Shown here: positions 51,643-63,905 of the stretch, piece by piece
Layout: the number at the start of each line of letters is the position of its first letter
How positions within the stretch are numbered: position 1 is the first letter of the stretch
Assembly: GCF_964355755.1 (NCBI RefSeq)
Contig: NC_092674.1
Coordinates: 2,170,001-2,234,000, forward strand
DNA: 64,000 bases
Reading direction: 5' to 3'
Source of the DNA: Antedon mediterranea
Taxonomy: Eukaryota; Animalia; Echinodermata
Translations under genes and position numbers: made by a program
The notes under the pieces: generated by a model
Database searches by the model: none
Told to the model about the DNA's origin: nothing
What the model saw: only the letters and a program-made list of their open reading frames with translations

Positions 51643-54600
51643 ATGGCCAAGTCGCCGGATGAGGATCAAAATTGCAGTTTTCAACTGCATTTTGTGCAGA
51701 AATTTCCGGACGATTGGACAAATTTTAACGATGTCACACGTAAAAACATCGCCTACATTGGGGAATGTCTTCATGTTGTATTGGAAGCAACCATAGATGC
51801 AACAACTGAGAATGGAAACCCAGGCCATGGCCAGCGCGATGTTTTTCGAAAACACTCGCGGGGCCAGAGGTGCTTATCCTACTTACGTCGTGAGCCATCG
51901 TCCTCAATAGCACCGCCTAGACATAATGAAGTGGATGATTGTCCCGACGGCTTCGCAACGTGCACCCCCTTGCTAGTGATGAATGCTGTAAATAATGTTC
52001 AGGTAAACAATACCTTTATTTTTCATTTATTTCCTGTTTTGTAATTTCTTGTTCGTTTCGTATTATAATTAATTAATTTGATAAATTGTCGTCCTTTTGA
52101 GGTAATTAGGAAATTAATGATTAAAATTAGGCAAGATATTCTTAGATTAAACCTGTCTTTTTTAACGCCGAACGGTCAACCCCTCCCCCGAGTACTAAGG
52201 TAGGGAGGGTACCATATGCAAAGTACATAGACCCGGCGTATTCATGAATCATTGGCCAAAAAAACGGTTTCCTGTAATTTATTCTTGCAACTGCTGGTAC
52301 AGTATATAGACATCCTGTTGTGTCATGTTGCCTTTATTTTTTTTGGCGTATGCAGACAATTAATTAATACAATATGTCTTTTTTATACAATTTTGTACAT
52401 TTTATCAATGATAAATCAATGATATGCCGAAATTATTGCAGATACAGTACAGTACAAAAGTTTCACCTAAAACCCCAAAAAACTAATTTTAATCAAGCTT
52501 CAATTATTTCACGGTATTTTCACCTTTTTCTTAGAAATGTAACGAAGCAGAGGTACAAATAAGTGAGAACAAAATTCTCTTTCCTGTTTGTCTCCCTCTT
52601 GAAAACTTGCCACTTGAATCGTGTAAACTTAGCGTTGTTATCCAACCACCATGGCTCGTATCAAGACCACAGCAAGATTCGCCAACTAAAGCATCTCCAA
52701 CCAACAACCACCATCAAACATTTCAACCTAAAGGTACAAATAAGTTGCTTTTTGTACTTTTCTGTGTTTTTATCCTTGTTTGATCCACTTGATCAAACAG
52801 AATGAAAATAAAATGTAGTCATGAGTATTAAATGTCATATGATTGTAGAACTTTTAAAGGACTATCAATATAATGTTATTTTAAAATAAAGTTTGAAAAA
52901 GCTAAATTATTAAGACATACATTTAATATCATTATCTTCATCATTCAACAGTTTTATTGATTTTCTATCAATGATACAAAAAATGCCGTATATCCTCTGG
53001 TATAATCTCACCAACCTAGAACACAAAATTGGGCAGACTTTGAAGGGTATTCAGGATAAAACTGATTGGTAAGCATTTCTTGTAAAATCTCATCTGAACT
53101 GGCTACTGTAAATTCAGACCAAAAGACTGGGACTATAAAGTATGGGGTGGGATTATACCCGAGGATATACGGTACATATATTTTAAAAAAAATAATACTA
53201 CAATTTCATTAATAGAGGATCTTGCAAGAAGAAATTACTTGTCATGCATGATAAATTTATTTAAATGTCTATCGTAGGCCTATGTAATGTAAACTGTTAT
53301 TATTAATATTATAATTGCTTAATTTTGTAGTGTGTGCTTCCTTAGACTTAGTAGCCCCACCCTATGTATGCTGTAGACATTTAACTGTTGGAGAAAAGCA
53401 ATACACAATCATTCAAGGTAAGCAATATTAATTTAATATATTAATAATTTTAACTGTTAATATTGAAGTTACAGAGATAAAATAAAAGGTCACTGACAAA
53501 ATGGTAATCAGGTGAATGTTGAAAATCAATTTCCACTGTAATTAGTCTTAGTAAGAGTGCTATATTTCATCATGCCAGAAAAGCCAAAAATGCATAATAT
53601 TCCAATGTAATCAATATCTCTTTAATACAGTCCTGCTTTTCAATACAAATTCATTCATTCATTTCCTTTATTTCGGATAGTACATCCATATACAAATCAT
53701 ACAAAACAAAAAGAGAAAAAATAGCAACAACAAAACCAACCTAAAATATCATAAAATATCAATTTTCACCAATGCTGATGTAGGTTGGATTGTGCAAGTA
53801 CGTTAACTATGGTCTTAATCAGACTATTAACTGTCATGAATTCCTCCAATATTCATAGAATGAGGGAACGTTATTCATTGCAAACATCATGCAAACAAAT
53901 TGATGTGTGTGCTACTAAAGTTTAAAGCATTTTTAATAACTGTCTGTGGTAATATTATTATTTTCAGTTAGTAACAAATACTGTGAAGCCATCCTGGTAG
54001 AGGCAGCAATGGTGATGGTAAATAGGAACAACCACTTCTTGCCACCCAGCCCTGATGGCTCTACACATCAGTCAACACCATCCAAGTAAGTAAACATCCA
54101 AATATACTGATAATCGTAGGAATTACGAGTGAACACTGATTCATTGTCTTTTTCTAAAGTAATTTCTCCCGCTTAATTTGACTATATGCAAAAAACATCT
54201 AGATAATTCATAAATTTACCTTAGCCTCTACTTGCTAGGCCCTTTTGGTTTACTAAACTATAAAAAAAAACCTATGGTTACTAATTATCAATATTTTGCA
54301 GTGTGACAGATTTCATTCATGCCAATGCAGTACACCTAGCAGCCAACTCTTGCACCAAGCTACCCATCACTCTGCAACCACTAGAACAAAATTGCTTCAT
54401 CTTCCAGTTAGACGTATTAGATAATATTAATGTAGACAGTATACAGGTAAGGCAAAAGACATATAGAATGAAGATTAGGCAAGAACTAGCTTTAATGCAT
54501 TCTGTAAAGGAGTCTAGAGGTCAGTCTATAAAGGAGCCTAGGGGTAAGTCTGTACAAGGGGCTAAAGGTCAGTCAGTAAAAGGGGATAGACGTTACTCTG

Positions 54601-56847
54601 TATAGAAGGGACCTCTGAGGGATCATTCTGAAAAGGGACCTAAAGGTCAGTCAGTCAGTCAGTGTTAACTGTAAATTGATTTTACGAATACATTTCAATA
54701 GTTTTAAGAAAGAATCATAATATTGCATTTTGAGGTATCCCATCTATCCACATTTTTCATTGAATATTATCAATATTACAGTATATGTTTATTTATTTAT
54801 TTATTTATTTCGGTTTAAAAACACGTACAAAACAGCAGCCATTGGCTGATAACGTTTGTTTACAATCAATATACATAATTAAAAGTAAAAGAGGCACAAT
54901 TACAAACAAATATGTCTAAGTATGTATAATGTTTATTTGATTATCTTGCGTCTTTCTTTTTTCAGAGTTTAGATGTTCCTTTGTCATTTAGTCTTCGGTG
55001 GAAACCTTTGCCTTCCTCCCAAGCTAGCCCCCTCATTGTTCACTATGAGCTACCAACAATCCGTCTAGACTACCCAGAGTTTGTCATGTTAGCGAAATGC
55101 AGCTCACCAGTTACAATTGGGGAGAAGTAAGTATAGTGTACAATCATACTTTAGCATACTTGCAATATTTTGTTCAAATTTTATCATAATATTTCATTTA
55201 TTGATCAAATTTTCTCCCTCTTCCATTTGATTAGTGACTCGTTAACTCCATGCTGCTAAGACCATCTCTCCATTTTGTCTTGTCTTACATATCAAATTCC
55301 TTCAATCCAATCAATTTGATGAATTCTCAATTACAGTATTACTATTAAATGTGTAAATATTAATTATATTATAATGTTTTGCAGTTTTTCGGTGCATTAC
55401 ACATTAGTAAATAAACTGCAGGACTTTACTGATATAGGACTGATGTGGCTTCCAGCACCTAGGCTGGTTGGGGATTCAGGTATGTTAGTACACTGGTAAA
55501 ATAATCATACTTTAAACTTAAATTAAGTAAAGTTTAAGTAGTTTTTATTAATGTATCTATAATTGTGTTCTATATATATACAGTAAACTCGCCCAATTCC
55601 ATACTCTCTCAAAATCGGAAACTCTCCCAAAACCAGACATATTAGACCAGCCCAAAGATGTCTGGTATTGGGAGAGTTGACTGTACTTAACTACTGTATA
55701 AATATGGATTGTAATAATATGTATTTTTAGATGATAGTAAAGTGATTGATTTTATTTAAAAGGTCGTAGAGAGAATGGAAGTATAGAAGATGTAGTTCTG
55801 TGTCAGGATCCTGTACAACATGTAGGCATGTGCAAGCTAGGCTCAACTGCTACTATTACTTTTGTATTTAAGGCACTCAAGTGCGGCCTATATGAGGTAA
55901 TGTACTGGTGTGTAAAAAGAAGGGTTGAAATGATGGCTAGAAATGTATTTGTAACCTCAACCTTTAGGCAGTTGACAATGATAATATAATATCGTTTAAA
56001 GGTTTTCATGCGATTTCCAGAAGACTTGTAGCATAACAATCCAAATGTCAAAACATCTAAATTCTAAAATTGATATATAATAAACTATTGAATTACCTTA
56101 GCTTGGAAAGTTTATGAAGTTAAAGTTACAATATGCATCAACCAATCCCAGTCAGTCATCCTCATCACATGATGCCGCTATGCACCACTCCAAGAGTACA
56201 CCTGCGCTTAAGGAGCTTAGCAGACCACCTATGGGTGTCGTAAGTACGCCACCGTTAAACACGAATGGAAGCGACGCCAGATGGCAATCTATGCAAGACG
56301 TTAACGCAAGGTGAGGAAATAGCTCCACGATGAGAATCCTGTTTAAATCCTGCTTTAGGGCTGGCATTTACAAATGTTCTTTCCACAAAAGCGTGGCAAA
56401 AACATTATTAAACAGGCTTTTTTCTAAAGTGCCTTTTTTCCAACAAATATAGTTTATTTGAGTTAAAATAGGCAAATAAATATACTTTTGGGAGCAAAGT
56501 GAAGTTTCATAAAAAAATGACATTGGTGTTTTGGGTGTTTTTATTTATTATATTTTACATTATAACCTGCGTACTTGGAGAGACACGCCTTTTGGCAATA
56601 GTTATCTTTGACCGCTCTTGTCTCTCCTCAGTGCTCCCTTTTTATGTTTCACTAAAAGGAATAAATAAATAAAACAATAGATATTTTTTAAACAAAAACG
56701 TTTTAAAAATATATTTTATTTAGAATACCAAAGAAAACTATAACACGAAAAGATGATGCCTTAGGAAATCAGAGAAAAGGAAACGTGAACGTACACAAGA
56801 TAACAAAGCGCCGCTGTCAAGTCTACATCATGGCTAAGCAAAGCTGA
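51643..56847 (+). CDS. TRAPPC14: Trafficking protein particle complex subunit 14 (C7orf43/MAP11 homolog)
   Basis: Exons 51643-52002 (RKNIAYIGE, FATCTPLL), 52535-52733 (ILFPVCLPLENLP), 53331-53417 (PPYVCCRHLTVGEKQYTII), 53968-54085 (FLPPSPDGS), 54302-54446 (LQPLEQNCFIFQL), 54966-55126 (HYELPTIRLDYPEFVMLAKCSSPV), 55385-55479 (FSVHYTLVNKLQDF), 55763-55896, 56102-56310 (MKLKLQYAS), 56724-56847 (HKITKRRCQVYIM..TGA). Motifs are colinear with human TRAPPC14 as recalled. Confidence 0.9.
52986..53172. mobile_element. pogo/Tigger-like MITE (related partial copy at ~13060-13260)
   Basis: CCGTATATCCTC.GGTATAAT ... ATTATACCCGAGGATATACGG followed by TA; internal CATTTCTTGTAAAA..CTCATCTGAACTGGCT shared with 13100-13135. 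Confidence 0.7.
55581..55683. mobile_element. Tc1/mariner-type MITE (related fragments at ~15333, ~15540, ~56905)
   Basis: TA|CAGTAAACTCGCCCAAT...ATTGGGAGAGTTGACTG|TA. Confidence 0.7.
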
Positions 56848-59110
56848 TCCAACGAGGAGTTATTAAGAAATCCTCATTTAATATGAAATATAAGGTTCTG
56901 TTAATACTCTCCCAATACCAGACACCTGGACATATTGAATGTATTTCTAATGGTCAAAATGAACTACAGTATCTACATTATCAAACTTTATGTGACAACA
57001 AAATGTGATGTGCCCATAAATGGACATGATGATGTCATATCACTACCATGTTTGGGCATGTCACACTTTTATTGTCAAACTAGTTTGATAAGGTAGACAA
57101 AGCTTAACAAAACCCTTTTTTCCTTTTGATATACAAAAGAGTTACTATCAACAGAATGAATTTTATAAGAATGCATGAATTTGTTAGTTACTGCATGAAA
57201 ATTGGTAATTTAGATTTAGGTAAGGTTTAATTTAGTAATTTTAACGATAAACTTCAGTACTTATATCGGAGGAATAATTTAATTTAAACTAATGAAAATA
57301 TTGTTTATACGAAAACATTTTAAAATGTTTTTACCAAATAGGATGTATTGGTACATACCTACGAAATAGTGGGTGCAATTTATAATGAAAGTGTCTATTG
57401 GTACAGTCAACTCCAGTATTAATTTAGTATTTTCTATTGGCATGGTTGACCGTGTTTCTAATGCAAACTGTTCTATTCACCCTAGTTATCTGTGCCAATA
57501 GACAACAGAATAAAAGCGCTCGGCAATAGGCATTAGACGCACAGTTTGTCCTTTTCGCCGATGGAAAATACCAATTTACACACACACGGACGTGTACGCA
57601 TAATTGACCGATAGCCCCGGTTAGAAAGAAACAACTTTGCGCCTATTACTAGCTGCATTTTGAGTTTTCATACGTGTTTGATAAAAAAAAATGACCGGTT
57701 TAATAATGTTCGGCGCTTGGAGGTTTCACAACATTATGCGCTATATAAATCTTTAGGCATCCTGTAATTGGCGATTTTTTGCTGTTGGATGTGGTTGAAA
57801 TAAAATAAATATAAAAATCCAGGATAGGTTTCACAACATTAGGCACTATATAAGTCCAGGATATTATTATCATCCATTTAATACTGCCATGCCAGGTAGT
57901 ATTGTAGTGTACTTTAGTTAATAGAGTGAATATCTCTATAAGTAATGTATTGTGCAATTCAATAGTGTTTTTCAATTTACCGTACTGTATATCAAAGTGG
58001 TACTATGGTGCCATTCTACTAAAATTATACTACTTTTATAAAAATATTTTATTTTCAAGCCATTTTTGTTTGTGCAATTTATGTTAACAGTATATTATAT
58101 TTTACTTTATACAGTACTACAGTACTTTTTATTAAAAAATGGATTTTAATTTACAAGATATTTTATCATTAAGCATAGATATAATGAATAGGCTAGATAT
58201 TTGAATACTATTTATTTATTTTAATTTTTAAACTTCCAACAAAGTTATACCTAATATGGTAATGTTGTTTTGATAGGCAATTTGGATAGGTTTATATACA
58301 CTTTTATTTTAACTAAGTATAGGGGAGTTTTAAGTCTTTCATTTTAGAATAATTAACATTTTATAAAGATTTTAATATTAATCATTAGATGATTTGAGTA
58401 TTGTAGGTACACCAATAGTCTAGCCAGCATATGTTTTTATACAATCTGTGTATTACCCTTGTAATGCATGTTGGCTAGATTATGTTTGTTGTACTGTATT
58501 GCAAATGAATTTAAAAAATGATGGACTAAAATAAATCTGTGTGTTGAATTAATCAGGGATCCCACCATTATACTGTATATATACAATATCCACTGTTGAC
58601 AACAAGCACACTGATGCAATAATGAAAAATTATTTACTTTATTTAAGTTTTAACTAGATTTCCCTTTACAAATTTTAGTCAATATTCAAAATATTAACTT
58701 GGTACAATACTACCAAGTTGTTGTTTTTTAAGACCGTACTTAGGCTCCATTAATGAAGAGATTACTTGCCATTCGTTAATAATTCATTAAATTCTTCTAA
58801 ATATTTTTATATACAGTAATTTGTCTTAAATGCATGCGTTTGTATTTCAATGTAATAATATAAAGAGGGTTCATGAATGGAAGCTAGAAATCATGGTCCC
58901 TTTAGAAATAAATACAGTATTCTTTTTAAACTATCAGGTTGGACTCTGTTAGATCGTTTATATATAAACTGTTCCTGAAAACCTGACTAAATGTAATAGA
59001 CAGGCTGTACAACAAAGCCTACAGTACACTGTTTAGCACACCAATACTGTAGTAATGGTATTGGAAATGTTCTATATTGAACGCAGGCCTTATTTGGAAA
59101 TGATAATATG

Positions 59111-60116
59111 CTACGCCGTGATTGGTTCTTGTGGGTTATACCGCCTCTTTACAACATACACTTTCTTGCTAGACACAGTTATCATGTAAAGATAGTCATC
59201 AAATACCACTGTAAAGAAAACATTAAAACATTTGCAATATTAAATTTGTTTTATACTTTTAAATAGGTGTCTATTTCTATGCCTAGCATGCCTGTATAAA
59301 TTTATAATAAATATATAAAATTTATGAAACACACCTATCAGATAATGGTACATTCCATGAACCCTTTTCAAGACATGCTAGAAGTTATTAAACAAATAAT
59401 AATGTATCTTATATATTGGCAATTGACAAAACAAAGTTATTTTGCGAACCTGATAACTTTTTGAATGTTTCTTGTTTGTTATTTGAGAAGTGAATCTGAC
59501 TTGCCATCCGTACCATAGTCATAAGGATTCCCGCTGTTCTTTCATCATTCTCCATTTCACCTGCGCTCTATTGAGGGAACCACAAGTAAAAAAAATAAAA
59601 TTTAAATTAATAAACTTTTATTTTAGAATATATTTTATTTCTCAATCTTTTATTTCGCATTATAAATTTAATATTTCATTTATATATTTACGGCCATTAC
59701 AGCACCATCAGCATTAAGGACGAGGTATCCCAGCTGGTCCGGAATTCTGTCAAGATTAAGTGGTCCTGGGCCACTCTGCAAATATAAAAACAAAAAATTA
59801 TTTTAAATTGTTACATTCTTTTTTTTTTACATACATATAATTTGTTGAAAGTATAAATGTAAAATGTATAGGAATATCTGTTGTAAAATATTCTGATAAC
59901 CGTACTAAAAGACAAAATTGTGAAGCCAAGCCCCCTGCTGCTCGGATGGCCTTATAATATTATAATAGCTGAATACCGGTTCGTAACAGAATCAATATCG
60001 ACTCCTCCGTACACTTCTCTGCCTGGGCAGGAAGCCTAATAACTAACTTATTTAGAGCCTAGCTATGCCTAGTAAGTTTTAGTTCCTTGTTTTATGCAAA
60101 AAATGGAGCATACCAT
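59111..60116 (-). CDS. LAMTOR4: Ragulator complex subunit LAMTOR4 (C7orf59 homolog)
   Basis: Minus-strand exons 60116-60114 (ATG only, donor GTATGC), 59775-59692 (SGPGPLNLDRIPDQLGYLVLNADGAVMA), 59567-59450 (SAGEMENDERTAGILMTMVRMASQIHFSNNKQETFKKLS), 59208-59111 (VVFDDYLYMITVSSKKVYVVKRRYNPQEPITA*). Matches human RIPDQLGYLVL..SGDLENDE..FKRLSVVF..VTVS..VFVVKR. Confidence 0.95.
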
Positions 60117-60493
60117 TATCAAGCTGTTCTTGCGCTTGTGAAGAAAATACTGCACTTATTGTGTATATTTTTTGCTTAAACTATTGAATTTTCTTTTAAA
60201 AAAATAACTAATATCAACTTAGATTTTCCAATTTAAAGAAATGTTGTTTTGTTCGTAAAATTGACCTGCACGTGAGACGTCACCTGACAGTAAAACTAGA
60301 GCTGAAATCCAGACGTCATATTTTATTCTGTAGGTCGTTTACATGTACATGGAAATCAAAATAGCAATAAAACAATCGGATGCAAGTCTAATTATTTTTT
60401 AGGTCATCGAGGAAAAAATAAAATGTCGCCGTTGCGCCGCTTCGTTGCGGATATGTTATAATTAATTTAATTTGATCTTAGCAAGTGTTTAAA
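60117..60493. promoter_or_regulatory. Bidirectional promoter region between LAMTOR4 and UVRAG
   Basis: 377 bp between divergent ATGs; CACGTG at 60269-60274, GTCACCTGAC at 60279-60288, GACGTCA at 60276-60282 and 60312-60318; locally CpG-enriched. Confidence 0.75.
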
Positions 60494-63400
60494 ATGTCCA
60501 ATTCTGAAAATATTGGAAGACTGGTGCACGTTAATCTGTCAACACAACAGGTTTGATATTTGTATTTGGTTTTATTGAGTAAAAATAAGCATCAAAGCTA
60601 GGCTACTGAAGGCCCCTCTCTCTGTTCTGTCTCTGCTGCGTGCTGGCCACTCTCTGGCTGCTAGTTTTAGCTGGATGATATGTTAGGGAGCATAACAAAT
60701 ACGCATATTACTATCTAGGGCCTAGCCTTAGCCTAGTTTGAGTGAATCAAATTTGCCAGAATGTAAAAGTATTGCCATTTTTATAGTATAAGTTGTGTCT
60801 TCTATTTTATTTATAGTAACTGCTAATTATAAAAGAGATTTTAAGAAAAGATGCATTTTTGCCATTTCTTGCAATTTTTTTGCATAGGGGCCTAGGCCTA
60901 ATTTATTAATTATTTAAAATAAGGCAGTCTTAACCTTAATTTTCAAGTTCTGTTTTTTTTTCATTAAAATAAATTTAATAATTTAGATACCAAATTTACT
61001 TACTTAGATTTTTTTAAACTTTTTTTACAGCGCCGACTTCGTCATTTGCGAAGTTTATCTGCAAGAAATATACAAACTGATAAATCACATGGAAAGAAAG
61101 ATGCGCTGATTGAAACTTACTTCACACTGCACACATTTGACAATAAAGAAGGTGAATAAACTGGGGATAAATTAAGTGCGATATGTGTGATATAACATGT
61201 GATGTGCAACTACGGTAACTGTATGTTACTGTAAAGAAACTGTAAAGTTATTTGTTTGTAATCAATTTAAACAACAATTTCATTTGCCAGTTTAATCTAA
61301 AGCTCTGTGAACAAACTAGTTTGACAAAAAAAGTGCCCAAATGGTAGTGTTATGACATCATGTCCATATTGGCACATCACATTTTTTTGTAACATAAAGT
61401 TTGATAATGTAAACAGGGATTAACACATTTTTGTTTGTATTTTAGCAATCTACACCAGTGAAAAGATTCTAGATTCATTGGTAAGTGAAAAAAAGTTACA
61501 AAAAACAGTATACAAAAAAAAAATAAACAGTGAAATAGTTCAAGTTAATTTTAAATCGGACTTCACTCATCACATTTAGTAAACAGCTACACAACTACTG
61601 TATCTGTATATATTTAATCAACAAAGGTTTGGTAATACTGTAGTAGGCATGCTCAGATGTTTGTCACGCTCCATTGATTCTTTGAAAACACATTATAACA
61701 ATCTATTGTTCATTGCAAGTAATTACAGTAATATAATAAATTACATATGATAACATTATGATGTTTCTTTCATAGAATCCAACATGGAGAAGTTTTGACC
61801 TGTCTAGGTCATGTGATGACGTTGACACGGCGCTTCCTGGACTCATTGTCCGAGTGTGGGGTGGGACCGACGAGCAATTCAAACTGATCATAGAATGGAA
61901 GGTAGACCTACAAGGGTTACGGTATCTAGGAGAATATGTAAGTCTATAATTGGTGTTAAAAACTAAAGTACATCTATTAATCTACAAGCAGGCCTGTCTA
62001 CAAGGCATATCTAATAGAATATGCAAGTGAAATTTTAATAATAAAGTAAATTTATTTATTTTATGTAATAATTAATTTCGGTACTGTAATTAATAATTCA
62101 ATTTGTTTGCAGATTAATAATGAAAATTTGAAATACCAACCAAATTCACTCATATTTGGAATGTTTGAAGGTTTCTACGGAGCGACAGAAAAAGAAAGGA
62201 TAGAGGTAAGTAAAATGCCTGATACAATAACAAAGTTTAGACTGTGGTGGGAAACATTTGATATTTGATTTGTCTATGATTTCAGTTTTCAGAATTTCAC
62301 TTTAAAATACGGAAATGACGATTTTCTGGATTTGAATGATTAATTTCAAGTTTCAAAACATTTATTTACATACTCTGGCATAAAAAATTATTAGGTACAG
62401 TCATAGAGATTATTTCTCCATTATACAAATGCAATAAAAAAATGATATGAGGTCAGAGTTTGAAGACAGATGCCCTGAAAGATGAAGAAAACATCTTGTA
62501 TTAAAATAGTGTGGTAAATAATTAAAAAAAAATATGTTGATTATCATTTTGTTCATGATTTAGGAAACATATGTGAGTGGTTTAGATAGGAAATTAGAAG
62601 TAGAACAGAGTTCAGTACGACTGAGTTACACAACTTATTCACTTTCAAGGTAAAATGTTTTAATGATTTATGTGTTTCAGTTTAAATAATTGATCATCAT
62701 CAAAGCTCTGTCTGCACTATAAATTTTTATGTGACAAAAAAATGTGCCCATATATGAACATGATGTACATGATGAACATGTCATATCTCTACCATATTTG
62801 AGAATATCACTACTATATTTGGGCACATCACACTTTTTTTGTCAACTAGTTTTATAGTGTAGACAGAACCTTACAGTATATTTACTTGTTATTCATTTTC
62901 TAATTACATATATCAAACAATAACAAGTTTCCTTAGCAGATTGTTGGTATAAACTTGTTGATCTTTTTTTTTTTTTTTACAGAGTCCATACAGCGCAACG
63001 TGCAATAAAACAAACACAAGTGTCAGTTGGTAAAGTGCAGCATAAGATAGAAAACCATTTAGATCAATTGCAAGCAAAAACAAAAGTAGTGAGTATCAAA
63101 ACTAGATATTTTGTTATTATTATGTTTAGGAGAGAGTGGTGTTGTTTGACCTTTCATTTAAGTTGTCTCTCTTAGTATTGTTAAGCTCTGTCTACACTAT
63201 CAAACTATTTTGACAAAAAAAGTGTGATGTGTCCAAATATGCTAGTGATATGACATCATCATGTCCATATATGGGCACATGACATTTGTCACATAGAGTT
63301 TGATAGTGTGTAGAAAGAGCTTTAGTTTAGCATAGAGTGGTGTTGTTGGACTCCCATTTAGGTTGTCTCTTGTTAATGTTATATTTTGTATAATTCGTCT

Positions 63401-63905
63401 AGTTTTCAGAAAAAGAAACTTTGTTATTAAGAGTGTCTATGTTGAGAAATGAAGTGCGCCATCAACGTAATCTAGTAAAATTGCAAAAACAAAAAGCTGA
63501 TGCTAGCAAGAATTCAATACAGGACAAATGTAGGTTTATTCAATTATTTATTTCTTCTTCAAAACTACGTGTACTAAAGCTCTGTTTACACAAATCAGTG
63601 AAATGTGCCCAAATATGGTAGTGATATACCCATATATAGTAGTAGTGATATTACATCAACACATCCATATGGGCACATAACATTTTTTGTCAGATAAAGT
63701 TGGATAGTGTAGACAGAGCTTAAGAGTGTATTTGAATAATGTAAAAGATTTATGCATTACTTATGTTATTTTCACCTGATATAATTTAATTTTCCTATTA
63801 AAATTGCAATTATTTTTCAGTAAATAAGTTTAGCATAAGTAAAGAGAAATTTAACAAGGAAAAAGAAGAGTTAAGAGAAAAGAAAACAGAATTATATAAA
63901 AAGAG
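60494..63905 (+). CDS. UVRAG: UV radiation resistance-associated protein (PI3KC3 complex II subunit), C2 domain and start of coiled coil; 3'-truncated by the window
   Basis: Exons 60494-60550 (VHVNLSTQQ), 61031-61151 (RRLRHLRSLSARNI..ETYFTLH), 61446-61480 (YTSEKILDSL), 61776-61937 (NPTWRSFD..VRVWGG..LIIEWKVDLQGLRYLG), 62113-62205 (LIFGMFEGFYGA), 62564-62649, 62983-63088 (HTAQRAIKQTQVSV), 63403-63529, 63821-63905. Confidence 0.95.

Noticed and set aside
59900-59922. U7 snRNA Sm-site-like AATTTTGTC on the minus strand
   Set aside because: Does not match AATTTGTCTAG and lacks the following 3' stem-loop.
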